From assembly GCA_965235115.1 (NCBI GenBank), contig OZ249436.1, positions 33,978,001 through 34,038,000 of the forward strand: 60,000 nucleotides of DNA, in the 5' to 3' direction. The notes under the pieces are model-generated. The model made no database searches, was not told the DNA's origin, and saw nothing but the letters and a program-made list of their open reading frames with translations. The position numbers and the translations under genes were made by a program. Origin of the DNA: Laetmonice hystrix. Its lineage: Eukaryota. Shown here piece by piece: positions 22,266 through 35,800 of this stretch (position 1 is the first letter of the stretch; every line of letters starts with the position of its first letter).

Positions 22266-25200
22266 TGCCCAAACATTTTGTGGAAAGTTGGTTTTATATT
22301 TTTTGGTGTTTTTCCCCATAAATTTGACCATTGCTTCATGTCCACTTATGATAGGATTTAACTAATCTGGGGAAAAGTAACTTTTAAGTTTCACTACCCT
22401 TTGGTACAGAGTTGTATATAGAGCTTATGAGCTCATAGACTTTGTATATTGTCTATGTCTCTGTGACAACAAAGTTTATTAAACATTGACATTGAATGTA
22501 ACAACCTATTAATGTTGGTATCTTAATATCAACAGAGACGGTATGTGCGACTGCTGCAAAGCGAACTCCAGATGAGTGTGAGACCCGTCTGAAAACTTAC
22601 ACTAGTGCTACCAAATATTACAAAAGAACAATCAGTTATACATTTTTATTATAATGATTATTTATATCTATTTTACAGAACCACAACGAAGGCTGAGAGG
22701 ATTACTGTTTGCACTAGGCTACACAATTTTCTCAGTAAAAAATCGGATATAATTATAATTAATTGTGATTTTCTTATCATCTACAACATACCCTCTCACG
22801 GTGTGATAGGCCCTTACCATTTCTTTGGTAGCAAACTCTGAATTTCCGAATTCCTGTGCCAAATCCTCGATATTAACAGCAAAAACCACCCTCAGTGTAA
22901 ATATTAAAGGGATCTGGACGTTCATTTGGATATCGCGACGTCATGCCTGTCCGTGCGGTTACAGGCATCGTATAAGTTACGCCCAGGTCTGAGGTCGTCT
23001 TAAATATTTACGAATATCGTAAAACTTTCATAAATATTACGACAACATTATTTACGATCTTTTGTTCTGAAACACTTTCGACAGAATTCGTAAATTTAAG
23101 ATACGATTTTCATTAAGATTTTCTTCTGCAACGCGGGCATGGTGTACATGTACTTATATTGCAACTGAGAATGACTCGCTGACATTGACGTAAACTACAG
23201 CGGCTATACAGGTCATAAAGTGAAGACTGACACATCAAAAAACTTCATCAGGCATTAGACATAAGTTCAGTTAATGTAGAAAAGTAACACTTATGACACT
23301 GCCAGAAATTAGAACTGTGCATGACACTTGTAATAACGCAAAAAGACAATGTCATAACTGTTGTCTTCTAGCAAGAATCAAACTTCAAAATGTGTTTCAA
23401 ACCAGCTACCTCAAGTATTATTGTACGAGATTTTGAAGTTGGCGAGCAAAATATGATGAGTATCACTTTTACTTTACTTCTTGCATGAGGGGAAGTGTAA
23501 CTAGAAGTATACACAACTTCTATTTATATTTCTGGAAAGGGTGAGGATACCTTGTAACATTATCGTTTTTATACACAGTCCTAAGGTGATCGAGCCTATA
23601 TGTTTGGTGTGAACAGGATTAGAAAAGTACCTGCTCATGGCATATCCTGGGTGATCATAGCGTATGGATTTGTAACATAAAACAACACGCTGTACGGAAT
23701 CACCTTGGTCACAGCAGTTGTGTAAATTTATAGAAAACTCCAAACTTTTCGAATGGTGAACGTTTCCCATGGACCAAACAGCTATTGAGGCAGTCAACTG
23801 TGCTTCACAACATGGCCACCAAAATGTGGCCCCTTGACATTTGATTATGCTAGCAAGGTAAATGGTGATTCACAGGAAAACGTTGTGGAAGGCTACACCA
23901 GTCTCCTCTTGCAAGTAAACCTTGTGTAAATGATGATACGGTACTATTGGCCACAGCAGAGTTGCCACCACTGGAAGAGCCCCGATTTTCCATGTTCGTA
24001 CTGTCTGGCCTAAAAGGTGCACAAAGCGCCCCCTTACAGCTCACTGCTGAAACACAGCGTTGATGTTGTGCACAATTGAACCGTCACTCAGAAGCAGAGA
24101 TAGGGCAGTCCCAGCGCTAGAGTGCAGTGGTTCCCGCCAAGTGGTGTAGAAAAGTATGGCGTGGTCTCCACGCAATAATTACTAAGTTACCATTGAGAGG
24201 CAGTGGGAAGGGTGAAATCTGGTTTTTGGCTACCTTCCCGCGCAGGTATGCAGAGGAAGTAGGGAGCAGTGTGGCGAATTTTCGTGCTTCCGTGGAGCAG
24301 ACCCGTGGCTTTGTGACAGCACAAAACTCCTAACTACCGGGTATGTCACCATCCATGCCGCTTCAACGGAATTTGGCAGCCACACTTTGCGGCAAATTGT
24401 GGCAAAAACATGAGCCAGTAATTCATCCATTTCTATGGCAATTGAGAGCATGTGATATGTAAAATGGGGGTAAATCACTGAAAGTTGAAGCGTAGCAAGG
24501 TTAATGGAGACATACTCTGGAGTAGCCTGGCTTAGCTGATGGAACAAAATGGGCAAGCTCCTGTAAGCCACATGCGAATTCCACCAACCACAAAATGTCA
24601 CCAGAACAACACCTGTATTTCAGGGCCAGAATTATGGCACAGAATCACGCAGCCTTAATGCAGTTGACTACGAATGACCGAACACAGAAAAACAAAGCTG
24701 TTTTTTTGGCTGCGTTGCAATGTCATGTGTATTAGTGTACCGTCAGTAGCATTCAGTCAGCGTGTATTATCAATGAGGTTATAGCAGTGAGGTGTAGAAT
24801 TTGACCTTCAGGATTTCATGGCTGACTCTGGTAAATCACATTGTTTGGGGAGGGATGATTTGGGTAAATGGTAATACTTGACAGGGTGTTTCCCCTGAAG
24901 CTCGATTGTGAAGGTGTACTTTGAAGGTTGCCGGGGGGCTACACGCGTTCTCGCTGCTGCTCTGCCATCAATTCACCACTGATATCCACTGATGGGGGGC
25001 AGTTGTTAATCCAGCAGACTTATTTGGGTGTGTTTCCATTTGTGCTTTTTTGCTCAGAAACGAGCTTGCTTGTAAAGAACAGTAAAGAGGAATTTCAACT
25101 TTCTTACAAAGTAGGGCTATCTACATATATTTCCACGTGACCACGCCTTTTAATTGCAAGTAGACATTCATGTGCTCCCCAAAATACTTTAATCCAGACA

Positions 25201-28200
25201 AAATTCAAACGTTTGGTCAACGATATGTAGAATAGTGGAAATATTTTAGAAACCTGCTATTGTAATAGCCTACTTTAGAATGGTTACATGTTATGTTACC
25301 TTCTTCCGGCACGGCAGTTTGATTGTGAATGAGATATTATTATTGAATATGGGGACAAATGACCACCATGAGCACCAATTTTCTCCCACTATGTAGGCCT
25401 CCTCTGTATGCTGCAAATTAAAACGGTCCTTTTCTGCCCATTTGCTTGGTTTATTGATAAATAGGAGGGAATGGGGGCACAGTATGACAGCATCAGATGT
25501 GGGATTAGTGCATTTTTAGTAACTACGTGACCTGATACTGCCTGCCCTGCATGGTATACCCGGGCAGAGGGCCAGTCGGACTGACTGAGAGGTATGTGCC
25601 ATGATAAACATCTAGTAATATAGATCTTGTGGGTGGATTACACTAGTGGGGACTGACAATCAATAAGTGCCTGTTTCTTGTTTACTGAAACGTTTTTTTA
25701 TGGTTAACATTTCATTGTTTAATTCAGAGTGTTAGTTTCATGCGCCGTATATATAGGGATCATGTGTTTGTCGAAGGACCCCTCGTATCCCCCTGTCAAA
25801 TTATTAATGACAAGTGAGCAACCCTTTCTACTAGAGATGCCGGCCCTCAGTTGTGAGCAGGATGATATATGTGTTTTAAAACAAATACGTGCTCCATATT
25901 AAATAGCATGGTGTGTGGGAGCGTGGTCAGTGAAGGGGCACGGCGCACGGGCAGTCAGATCAAAAGTTCACAGGTCATGAACCTGTAGACGCTGTTTTTC
26001 TACCGTTTAAATTCTGTCCATGCCTCTCTTTCTACTCGCCTAAGAGGCTTTACAAAAAAGCTGCCCCTTGACCCACCCGTGCCCCTGGTACATAATCTAC
26101 CTTCCCCTTGGCATTTCCAATATATTTTTTCTATCACCTGTAATTATCCATTGAAGGTTGAGTCCACTCCTTGAGATGGGGATGAATGCTGGTGTACTTG
26201 ATAAAATAGCATGTTTTGTTCTGTGAATGATTAGTCTGTGAGAGGAATACTGATTGGAGCGTTGCTGACAAGACTGGGGTAGCATTCCCACGAGTATCCA
26301 GGGGTGATACCTAGAAGGCCTGGGGGCCAGCAGCATTGAGTGCGATGTGTGGACACAGGGCATACAGGGGGAGATGTTCTATAGAAATGTATAGCAGGTA
26401 GTTAGGTGGTCATTTTTTTATGTGCCGCTATGCGGTGGGAGGGTGGTGGGGGTGCGGAGGAGGAGGAGGGGTGGTATTGTCCAGTGGCGTGGGAATTGAC
26501 AGTGCGGCCAGGTGGGCTTATCGGAGTCAGGGCCTGGCCGCAGGTTCAGTCTGCGACAACCGACGTGAACGTCTTTCATGTCGGCCCGAGTCGGTCACGG
26601 GTCAGCGACGCCCGAGAATGTCCATCTCATGGTTGTTTGGCCAAAACAAGTGGTCAGTCCTGGCTGAGGTGGAGGTTCTCGGCGGTACATGGACACTTCC
26701 CTGGGTCCGGTTGTCACACAGCTTCCGCATCCTGCAGGAAGTATAGACGCGCATGTGTTATTAAAAAAAAGAAAACACCTGCTTTAGTGGAAAAATGATC
26801 CGTGTTCAATGGGAGAGGGTAAATTCTATAGATGGTATAATTTAGAGCCAACTCAAAGAGAGGAAAAGCTTGCTGGTCAAATTAGATGTTGGCTGAGTAC
26901 AACAACCCCGCCCACTTGAAGAGGTTGTCCTCAGATATGGGTGGTTGTTGTGTAGAGGGTAACTATTTATTTTATCAGTAAATTGTTGGCCATTTTCCTT
27001 GTTGCTCTAATCGAATGATTATTGCAATCATCTGAACTAGGGGTGGTCATTTTGTTAAGAAGACCTAAGATGGATTCTGGTGTCCTTCTTAAACTTAAAA
27101 TTGAAGGTTTATCAACATATTTCCTGCCTCTGAGAGTTTAACTATTCAGAAACAGTAAGTGTGTCATGCATGAGATGCGAGTCACATATAGGTTTCTGGC
27201 GTATACTCTAATATGTTTTACATATTGCTACACATCGGGTGACTTATATGCGCTCCAGCATGCGCTTTACTTTTTCCAGCATTCTTTGTTCATTACTTCA
27301 ACCTTCGGCTGGTGGGGCAAAATTATTAATTTATGAGGAAGAAGATAATTATTGTGTTTGAGTGTCACTCCTTCAAATTATCAAATCTCAGGTATAAACA
27401 AGCGACACAAACCGACATATATCAATCAAATGACTGTAAAAAGCTATGAATGATTAATTGTATAATATATGGCTAAGATGGCTCTAGCAAATAGGTAAAT
27501 TATAATGGAGTGGTTTGTATTTATTCTTGAAGACAGCTGAGGACCCAAGCGTATAGACGTTTATATTAAGTCGAGTAGAACGGGTCAGCTGAGGCCATAC
27601 TTAAAGATTGGTTTACCCTTCGTCAGTCAGCCATGAAATTCAGCAATAATGCACACGTATGCCTCTAGGCTGAGCCTTATGCAACCCTCCGGGCGTGTCT
27701 ACCCTAGGTGAGCCGGCTGGGGTGCTACTCACCTTTGTTCCCCTGCTGGGCGCCCTTCACCCGAAATGGGGCACTCTGAGACCCCGCGCGGCGGACGGCG
27801 ATTTATGGCGTGTTTGGCGGAGGGTCTAGCGAGGGTACTGGTGACGGACATGGACTGGACAATGCGGAACACATCGTGACCACTCCCCTGTACTACTACC
27901 TGGGCCAGCGGCCAGGTGAGGCTCGCCAACCTACAGATGTGAGGATGGACCGGACACATGTTTTCTGGTACTCGTCTACAAATGCGATGAGGGATTGGTG
28001 CCATCCGTCAGGCCGGACAGGCCAGGGGTCCCCAGTATACCCCCCGCTCGTCCCCGCCCTGACCACCTCCCCGGCCTGCGCCCGGCATGCTCCGGTAGTT
28101 GTCTGGGTTGTCCTGTGAGATCACCCCGCCAGACACAGAGTCAAGAGGTGGGAGGACCACGAGACTCGCTACCTCCTCATCCATCACATTCAAGATTGTG

Positions 28201-29333
28201 ATGGAGACCTCTCCTCTTATCTTGACATCGCGCTGTTGAGAAAAAAGATTCGGTGTTTGTCATACTGTTTGACCCTAATTCAAATCTAAACATTTCCTGG
28301 AGTGTCTAGCTTGTTCTTCTATTGAGTAATAAGATCTTTATTTACTTTCCTTCAATTACTAAGTTGTATCTGTAAGTAGAAGCCACGTAAAATTGATATA
28401 TTCCCTATATACCTAACATCAAATGAATGGAATCGTTTTTCTCCAAATCAGCAGTGTTGAATTATCCCACAACCCCCCATTTAAAACAGGAATACCTATG
28501 AAAAGATTATGTTACAGGCAATGCAGTATTTTTCTATTTTCTACACCGAAAGTGCCAACTTTGATTTAGACTGACCGTTTCTGTATCACTTGATGCTGTT
28601 CAAGCGCGATGTAATCAGACATTTACATTATACCATTGTTATAAGATATGGACTGATGTTTTAGGAGGAAGTAGAGGAAGATTTATTGATACAGGTACAA
28701 TGGCCGCGACACCTTCAAACAGGTGGAAAAATTAATTAGGGGGTTTTACCTGTCCTAGCAGCCTCAGTTGGCAATGTGTCATCCCCACGGAAATTCTGTC
28801 ATGGTTCTGCTAACAGGTGCAGTACCTGAGCCAGGCCTCCAACCAAGAAGCACCCCCAAGCTAGACCTAATGGCATATTTTCATCTTTACATCAGGTTTG
28901 GGTTGCAGGAGAAGGTTCTGACAAGTGTCAAGGGTCAGGGTCAGTGTCCATTGTCCTTCTGACACGAGAAGTGAAGGATGACCGTCCGGCGAGAAAAACT
29001 TGGTCATTATTTCTCTCGTACCTTTATGTTATTCCAGAGAAGAAGAAACAAGCCGACACCTTGGATGTAAAGTGGTCAAGTATAGCTTCAGGGGGAATTT
29101 AATATTGGGCAGCGACCAGATTCATGTGCACGAAAATGACCAGTTTATTCGACGATGTCAGAATTAAGCTTGCAGATCTATACTTTATAGTTTGTCGTCC
29201 CTAGAGTATATATGGAGATTTACATGTCAAGAGATTTAAACTCCTCTTTCTGGCATTTTTATTCTGCAGAGGGGAAAGGGGAAGAGGGCATTCTATGGAC
29301 CCCTTGGTTTGGCTTTAAGCCCTATAGGTGCTG

Positions 29334-29848
29334 TGTTACAACCGCTAATGTAATAACGCCCACTATTGTAATAACTGGGGTGCTAGGGGGGTACCAGGGA
29401 AGTACCACCAGAGTACCGGACAGGACCAGGTGAGCATTTTGGGGGTACCCCCTGAGTACCATCTGGGTACCCCCTGGGTACCGTCAGGTACCGATCTGGT
29501 CGGTAGCCCTTGAACAAAGTTTTATTACAATAGCGGTTGCGAATTCTGGCGAACGCAACCGCTATTGTAATAACTGGGGTGCTAGGGGGGTACCAGGGAA
29601 GTACCACATGGTACTCAGGGGGTACCCCCAAAATGCTCACCTGGTCCTGTCCGGTACTCCAGTAGTATTTCCCTGGTACCCCACGGTTGGTACCCTCTGG
29701 GTACCCAGGGGGTACCCAGAGGGTACTCAGAGGGTACCCCAAAAATGCTCCCCTGGTCCTGTCCGGTACTCTGGTGGTACTTCCCTGGTACCCCCCTATC
29801 ACCCCAGTTATTACAATAGTGGGCGTTATTACATTAGCGGTTGTAACA
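29334..29848. mobile_element. Foldback MITE with TGTTACA termini, about 150-bp TIRs and a 6-bp TSD
   Basis: 29334-29482 is the reverse complement of about 29700-29848 with only a few mismatches. GTGCTG is duplicated at 29328-29333 and 29849-29854. It is rich in GGTACC. Confidence 0.92.
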
Positions 29849-32800
29849 GTGCTGTAATTGTGGTCTCTCCAATTTCATACATTTGCTGTGTCAATGAATT
29901 GTCTTTATAAAGTCTGGTTTGTCATACCCGACCTATATGTAGGATAATGGTAACCATGAGACAGTGTAATAAAATGTTAGAGAAGTCGCTAAAAACTCAT
30001 AATTACAGACTTGCCATGCAACGAAAAGAAAGTTTTTTGTTATCTGTATGGTTTAGAATGGAAGTTTGAGGGATTCTCCGTGTCTAAGACTGTGTCAGGT
30101 TTTACTCTATAACCCTCCAAATCTATAGACTGACCTTTTACATGCGTGGCGTTGTTTCATGCATCTGTCCGATTTTTTTAGGTCCTTCAGCCACTGGCAA
30201 TGTTAATAATGTTTGCATGATGAAATGACCTTAGCAGCAGTTTGAACGAACGACTGTAATTCATAGACACAATGGTATGGAGGGGTCATGACCGAAGCCC
30301 AAGGCAAAATACTTTATTTTTTAGTCAAAAATGTTTTTCAGCAAAGTGTGCATCAGGAGAGGGACATGAGGAAGCACAGTTGAATGGTGAATTCTCCAAA
30401 GAGTGGCAGGGGAAAGAAAACAAAGACAAAGGATTATATTAGAGTATCACATGGATACATTTGGTTTCTTCTCTTTTGAGAAGGGTTAATACATTATTAT
30501 TACATGTAGCTGCTATATAGCCATCATATCCTTGACTTGAACTTGATGTTTAATATAAGAAGGAAGCAATTTTGGATGTTACAAATGTTTTGGTTCGTTT
30601 TTCACCGATCTCTCCCTTGTGCATGGAAAAAAGAATTCAGCGTGCATGGAGATAGACCCCCATTGACAGCTGTGCCCATCCCATTATGACAGTAGCAATA
30701 ATTCGTGATCATCAGTGTCCAACACAACAAAGGCCTAGCGGGCGAGCGGAGCATGGGTGGGGGAGGGAGGATGGCATCTGAGAACGAGCATGTGTTGTTG
30801 GTGTGAGGGCCGTACGCGCGGACCAGCGGAGCAGCGGGGCTGCTGGCAGCCTGGCGTGATTTGATGGAGCAGGTGACCTGAGGCCGGGCGGTGGCGGGGT
30901 CCGGTCGGCCGGGTGGCCGGACCACGGTCAGGGACCAGGTGGTTACGCCGGGTGACGCTGGCCAGCACAACTGCTCCATCACGACGCCACTCGCCTGGAA
31001 GAACGGCGCAACTCGGCACATTATACGATTCCGCCAACCTGTGTCAAAGTACATTAGGCCAGCAAAATGCTGATTGGGGAATGATTACAAGAGAGGGAGC
31101 CAAAAAGCTTCCGTAATGAGCACCTACAGATGCGATAATTGCCTGGGAGTTAGATCAGCAGCAGTCATTTGAGAGCTGATGCGTTTCCATTCACATGTTG
31201 TGGTTCTCATTCTGGACACATTGTTGGCGGTGTGAACTTATGACCGAAGTCCACATAAAGGGTCATAACATAACTTTTTTAATTATGTTTTTACCTCGGA
31301 CCCTTTGCGTCCATTTCACCATGGTGCAAGTACCTTTTATCCGAATTACTGATTTTGATCTTATCCTGAAATCGGTATGAGAACCTAGGCATATATTGTT
31401 ATGACCACCCCTTGCGTATGATTTAATATTTTGCTCAGAACCCTTCTATCGAAAACTGTGTGGGATAGAGTTTCAGTCTTATGTCCTGTTTTAACTGGAT
31501 TATCCGAATTTGACCGAGAAGTGTGTACAGATGGCTCTGCAAAATGTTCATCATTTTGGATATTGCAGATTATGGGGAAAAGTCACGCAAGCACAGGTCA
31601 GTGAACTAGCCCTATCAAATATTGACCTGATGTTGGCGGTTGAGCAGTGGTTACAGCAATTCCTTCTTCAATTACATCCATGCCAGTGGCCAGTAATCTG
31701 GACTGGCGTGCATGCCCCATTGAAGGCGAACCAGTCGAGATGCAGCTTCTATTTGTCTTTCATTTATTTGGAGCCCACGATAATGGTTGCATCATTAGAC
31801 TGCATTGCCCAAGGCCCTTACCCCGAAGCAGGGGGTTCCACGATTGATAGCTTGTAGGCACACAAGTGCATGGCACTGATTTGGTTGCAGTCGTGGCTTC
31901 ATAATTGTGAAGTTTGCCCCGACCAGAAAACAATAGCTAGAGGTTGAGTTGAACATGTACATTATCTTACCGTGCCATGTACCCCGAGAGCTCGGCCCGC
32001 TGCCGGTTCTCTGACATCGGCCAGGTTGGGGTGCACTCAATAACTGATAGGTCACTGCCACTGATTCCGTCGATTGCCCAAGCAGCTAATTGAGGTTACG
32101 ACAAAAACAAAAGGTTGCAGTTTGATGGACTAGTGTCATGGAGGAGTTCAAGTAATGAGCGCGACATGTGGTCTGCTGTGTCAGCCCTTCGATACAACTT
32201 CGGAAATCTGTCTTTGAAGGTCTCCGAGAACAAATGGCCTGAGCACTGGAAAGAGGATGACTGTGGATGATAAGAAGGATCATCTTTCAACCAGGGCTCT
32301 GAAGTTCTCCCGGCCAACAAAAAGGAATCTCCACACAATGCCCCCAACAAAGGGTCACATGCAAATGAGACATGTTGCATTGGAAACCTATCGATGGTTC
32401 GTTGAAGACATCGTCCTGGGGGTTGGAATGAATGGAAGGGAGAGACGTATAGGCTACTGCTCTATGCCATCATCATACGTTATGTTTTAACTGATGGCAG
32501 TTTTGGCAACTCTTGAAGAGGCCAGATGAGCTACGAACGACAGGCCGCTACGTGCGGTTCAGTGATAGTGATGTTAGAGAATAAACGAAAGTTCAAACTG
32601 AGTTTCTCATAAAGACATAATAGGCAAAATTTAAGTATTTAATTTTATGTATTGGGGGATAAGGGGAATCCACATAATGAGTTCAGAGTGGTAATACATA
32701 GATGGATGGTAGTGGAAGCAATTCAGGTCATTGTACGTGATTTGTGGTATTGCCGACAATGTATTATGCTAACAAGTTTGGATACACTCAAACCTCCTTA

Positions 32801-35800
32801 CGCAAAAAGACCTGTCGTCTTGCTGATTTCTTTATCACCGGCACACAAAAATGGAGAAAATGCACCACATTTAATGAGGGTCAGTGGAGTCAAGCAAGAG
32901 GCGACTGGAATCCACACAGGATGAATTGAAAGCTTAATAGGCCAATAAGGATAGGAATTGGAAATGAAAGGACAGAGAAAAACTTGGGAATGTCATTGGA
33001 GGTTCTGTTTAATGGTTAGTGAGGGGGTTATGGGATCAGCGGCCGGGTGCGGTGCCTCATGTGGTAGGGAGTGTTCTTGGCCACTCTGAGCTCCATGATC
33101 CATGCCCTGGGGGGTCCAGAGACGCCCGCCATCAATGAGATCTGGACCATCTTAAGGTACAACCAGAAATAAATATTTCCCCAGCCTGACGGGCTCATAA
33201 TCAAGGTAAGATGAATTGCATGGCTTTACCTGCGTAGCTGGCAGCGGTGGCATTGTCGCGCCAGCTAAATGGTTCTTTCTGGAGCGCGCTGAGTCGGGCT
33301 AATGCCAAAGGTGAACATCATCGCAGCCAGGATCAAAGATAAAAATTAAAAGCAGTATTCCAATGCAGGGGTTGTGTCAGAAAAGTGTCCCAAGAATGAT
33401 GTATGGTTGTGTGCGCGGTGGCTTTGCCCAGTGTATGGCATTAGCGCAGGGCAGGACAAGGGACCGGGTGTGGCATGGTGCGGCTGGCGTTACGGCAGGT
33501 CACATAATCAGAAGACGCAGGGCAAGGGAAAGATTTATTGTCATGCAGGGATGCAGCAACTTTGTCTCCAGTACAGTTCGGATATGCCAGGGGATAATTG
33601 TAGTTGGATGTGAGGGTCAGACTGTCAAACTTTTGAGCAGCCTTTTCCAAGGGCAACCAGGAGTTCAACGCGATAGAAAAGCATTTTGCGAATCTAGGCT
33701 TTGGTGTTGCTGTGGGAAAAGAACGAAGAGACCGAAAGGTCAGAAAGAATGAAGCCCACTGAATGGAAATGACGGTGCCTCGCCGGATCTGTGTTATGAA
33801 CTGGGGAGAAATGATCACATCATGTGTATGACAGAGCAGTGCTTCTAATCCCCTTGCCTCACCCAGACAAGCAAGAAAATCGCCTAAGTGCAGTTCGCCT
33901 TGATCCCACAAAATGTCATCCTTAGGTATGACAAAGACAGGAACTGTGATGGTGTATGTCAGAGGGCTTTGGTGATTGCAGGCAGAAGAAATGGGCAGCA
34001 ATCCAGGGGCTAAAGAAGGGCTACGTACTTGGCAGAATATTGCCTGTTTCTATCCAAAAGGAGAAAGTTCACGACTTGAATTTATAGTTTTTAGAACGTC
34101 AATAGTTTGTTTCTATATCGTTAAGAACACAATTGTATAACTTTCCGTATTCAACACAGTTTTTTTGGTTCTATCATTTTGCTAGCATTTCTCGAATGAA
34201 CAACATTGTAGACTCCATTTAACGTACTATCTGTCTCTCACAAGCAGTGGTTGTTGGTTGTAAATGTAGCAGGGCAATAACACTACACGTATACATAAAT
34301 GATGGGCACACTTTGACCGTAAGGCCAGTCATACAGCCCTGTGTCTGATTATTCTCACATACGAGCATGAAAGGCCATCAAAGTGTATCTTTATGGTGTT
34401 TCATAATTTCATTGTGACTTCTGAAAAACCCATTATGTGATGGTCATCTGTCAGTTGTCCATCCAACAATGCATCATTCATGACTAACCTAGGAGAAAGT
34501 TAACAAATCGTGCATTAGCCTTTTCCCACTTCCATAATGCTGTTATGACTTCCAGCAAATTACCTGAACAGAATTTGTTACATGAAAACGGATAATATCA
34601 TATTTGTCATAATTCAATAGATAGAGCTAAGATTGGTCATTAATCATTGACGGGTCACCCACCAAGACATTGACTATTGTGGCCTAAATTAAATAGTGAA
34701 CCGCCATGTCGCAGGTCATTGGTCAGTGTCACCGTGACCGTTGCAACCAAATTACACAATCCAATCTCAGGGTCATGGTTCACAGACCAGCGGCGGAATG
34801 GGTGGGCAAGCGTGTAAGGCTATAATCAGGGGGATCGTAGCATTGGGCCACACCAGGAAAGTCCGGGGCTAAAAGAGTGCAATTGTTCTGTCAGGATTTC
34901 ACACAATATGCTGCTAAGGTTAAACCACCGAATTGACCCTTGCAGGATAAAATGGACTACAGCCGTGTGTAATAAACATGCCAGAAAGAGTCATTTTTCA
35001 CAAATTTCCCACCTACAGCCTTTTAGGGCCACTCTATACGATACGCGTCTTTCTTTGCGTTATATTTAGCATTCGAGATAAAAACGCAGATATGTAGGTA
35101 TTGATTTCTTTCCGTTCTGTATTTAATGACACCAGAATCCAGTATGTAAACTAACAAAAAAACGGTGGGCATAACACGTGTGTCGCGCAGGATGTCAAAG
35201 GCGATAGTTGGCTCACAAGGCGGACAGGTACCTTTCTATATGCAAGCAGTCGCGTTCGCGCCCTTTCACTGGCAGGAACACTTTCAAGGACATGACTCAT
35301 AAAAGTGGAAGGGCATCCCTGGAGCCATTGTTATCAGCGGTCGGCGAGGGAGGCGGGGCGGTGGCTTGCTGACATGTCTGTAAATGTGCGGTCGGGGGCT
35401 CGGCCTTGGTGTGGTCTGGGAGTGCCTGGAAGTGCGGTTAACTGTAGAAAGGGGGCCCCAGACATTGGATCCTCCAGGTGACACCAGATCCCAATACACA
35501 ATTAGATCCGAGAGGGTGATAGGCTTGCGGCTGCCCACACCTCCCACCGCTGTGGCTTTCAAGCATGTAAAGCTCCGGCGCCAAGAGTCACAGCTCTAGG
35601 GGTTGTGCCGGAAATAATGTAGCTGGCTCTTCATTGTATGCAATACAGGCAACGGATGAAGGCCTCGTGATCTTACAATTGACTGAACTAATACTTACAC
35701 TGCTTTTAACCTGCCGGGGGACTCGGGGTTTTCAGGGAGAGACATTTGACACAGAGATAAGTGCGGTTGGTTAGAAAAGATATCTTGTTGCATAAAAAGG

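Larger units (their letters stand above)
19193..23138. mobile_element. Defective PIF/Harbinger-like DNA transposon carrying nested insertions
   Basis: 16-bp perfect TIR GCCCGCGTTGCAGAAG/CTTCTGCAACGCGGGC and a 3-bp TSD ATG (19190-19192, 23139-23141). TCGTAAAT/ATTTACGA subterminal repeats occur at both ends, and there is an internal Myb/SANT-like remnant. Confidence 0.8.

Noticed and set aside
29383..29910. Two similar ORFs on opposite strands
   Set aside because: They are mirror translations of the foldback element's TIRs.
33363..34001. 129-aa and 186-aa overlapping ORFs
   Set aside because: No recognisable domain or convincing splice context; lengths are compatible with chance in GC-richer DNA.
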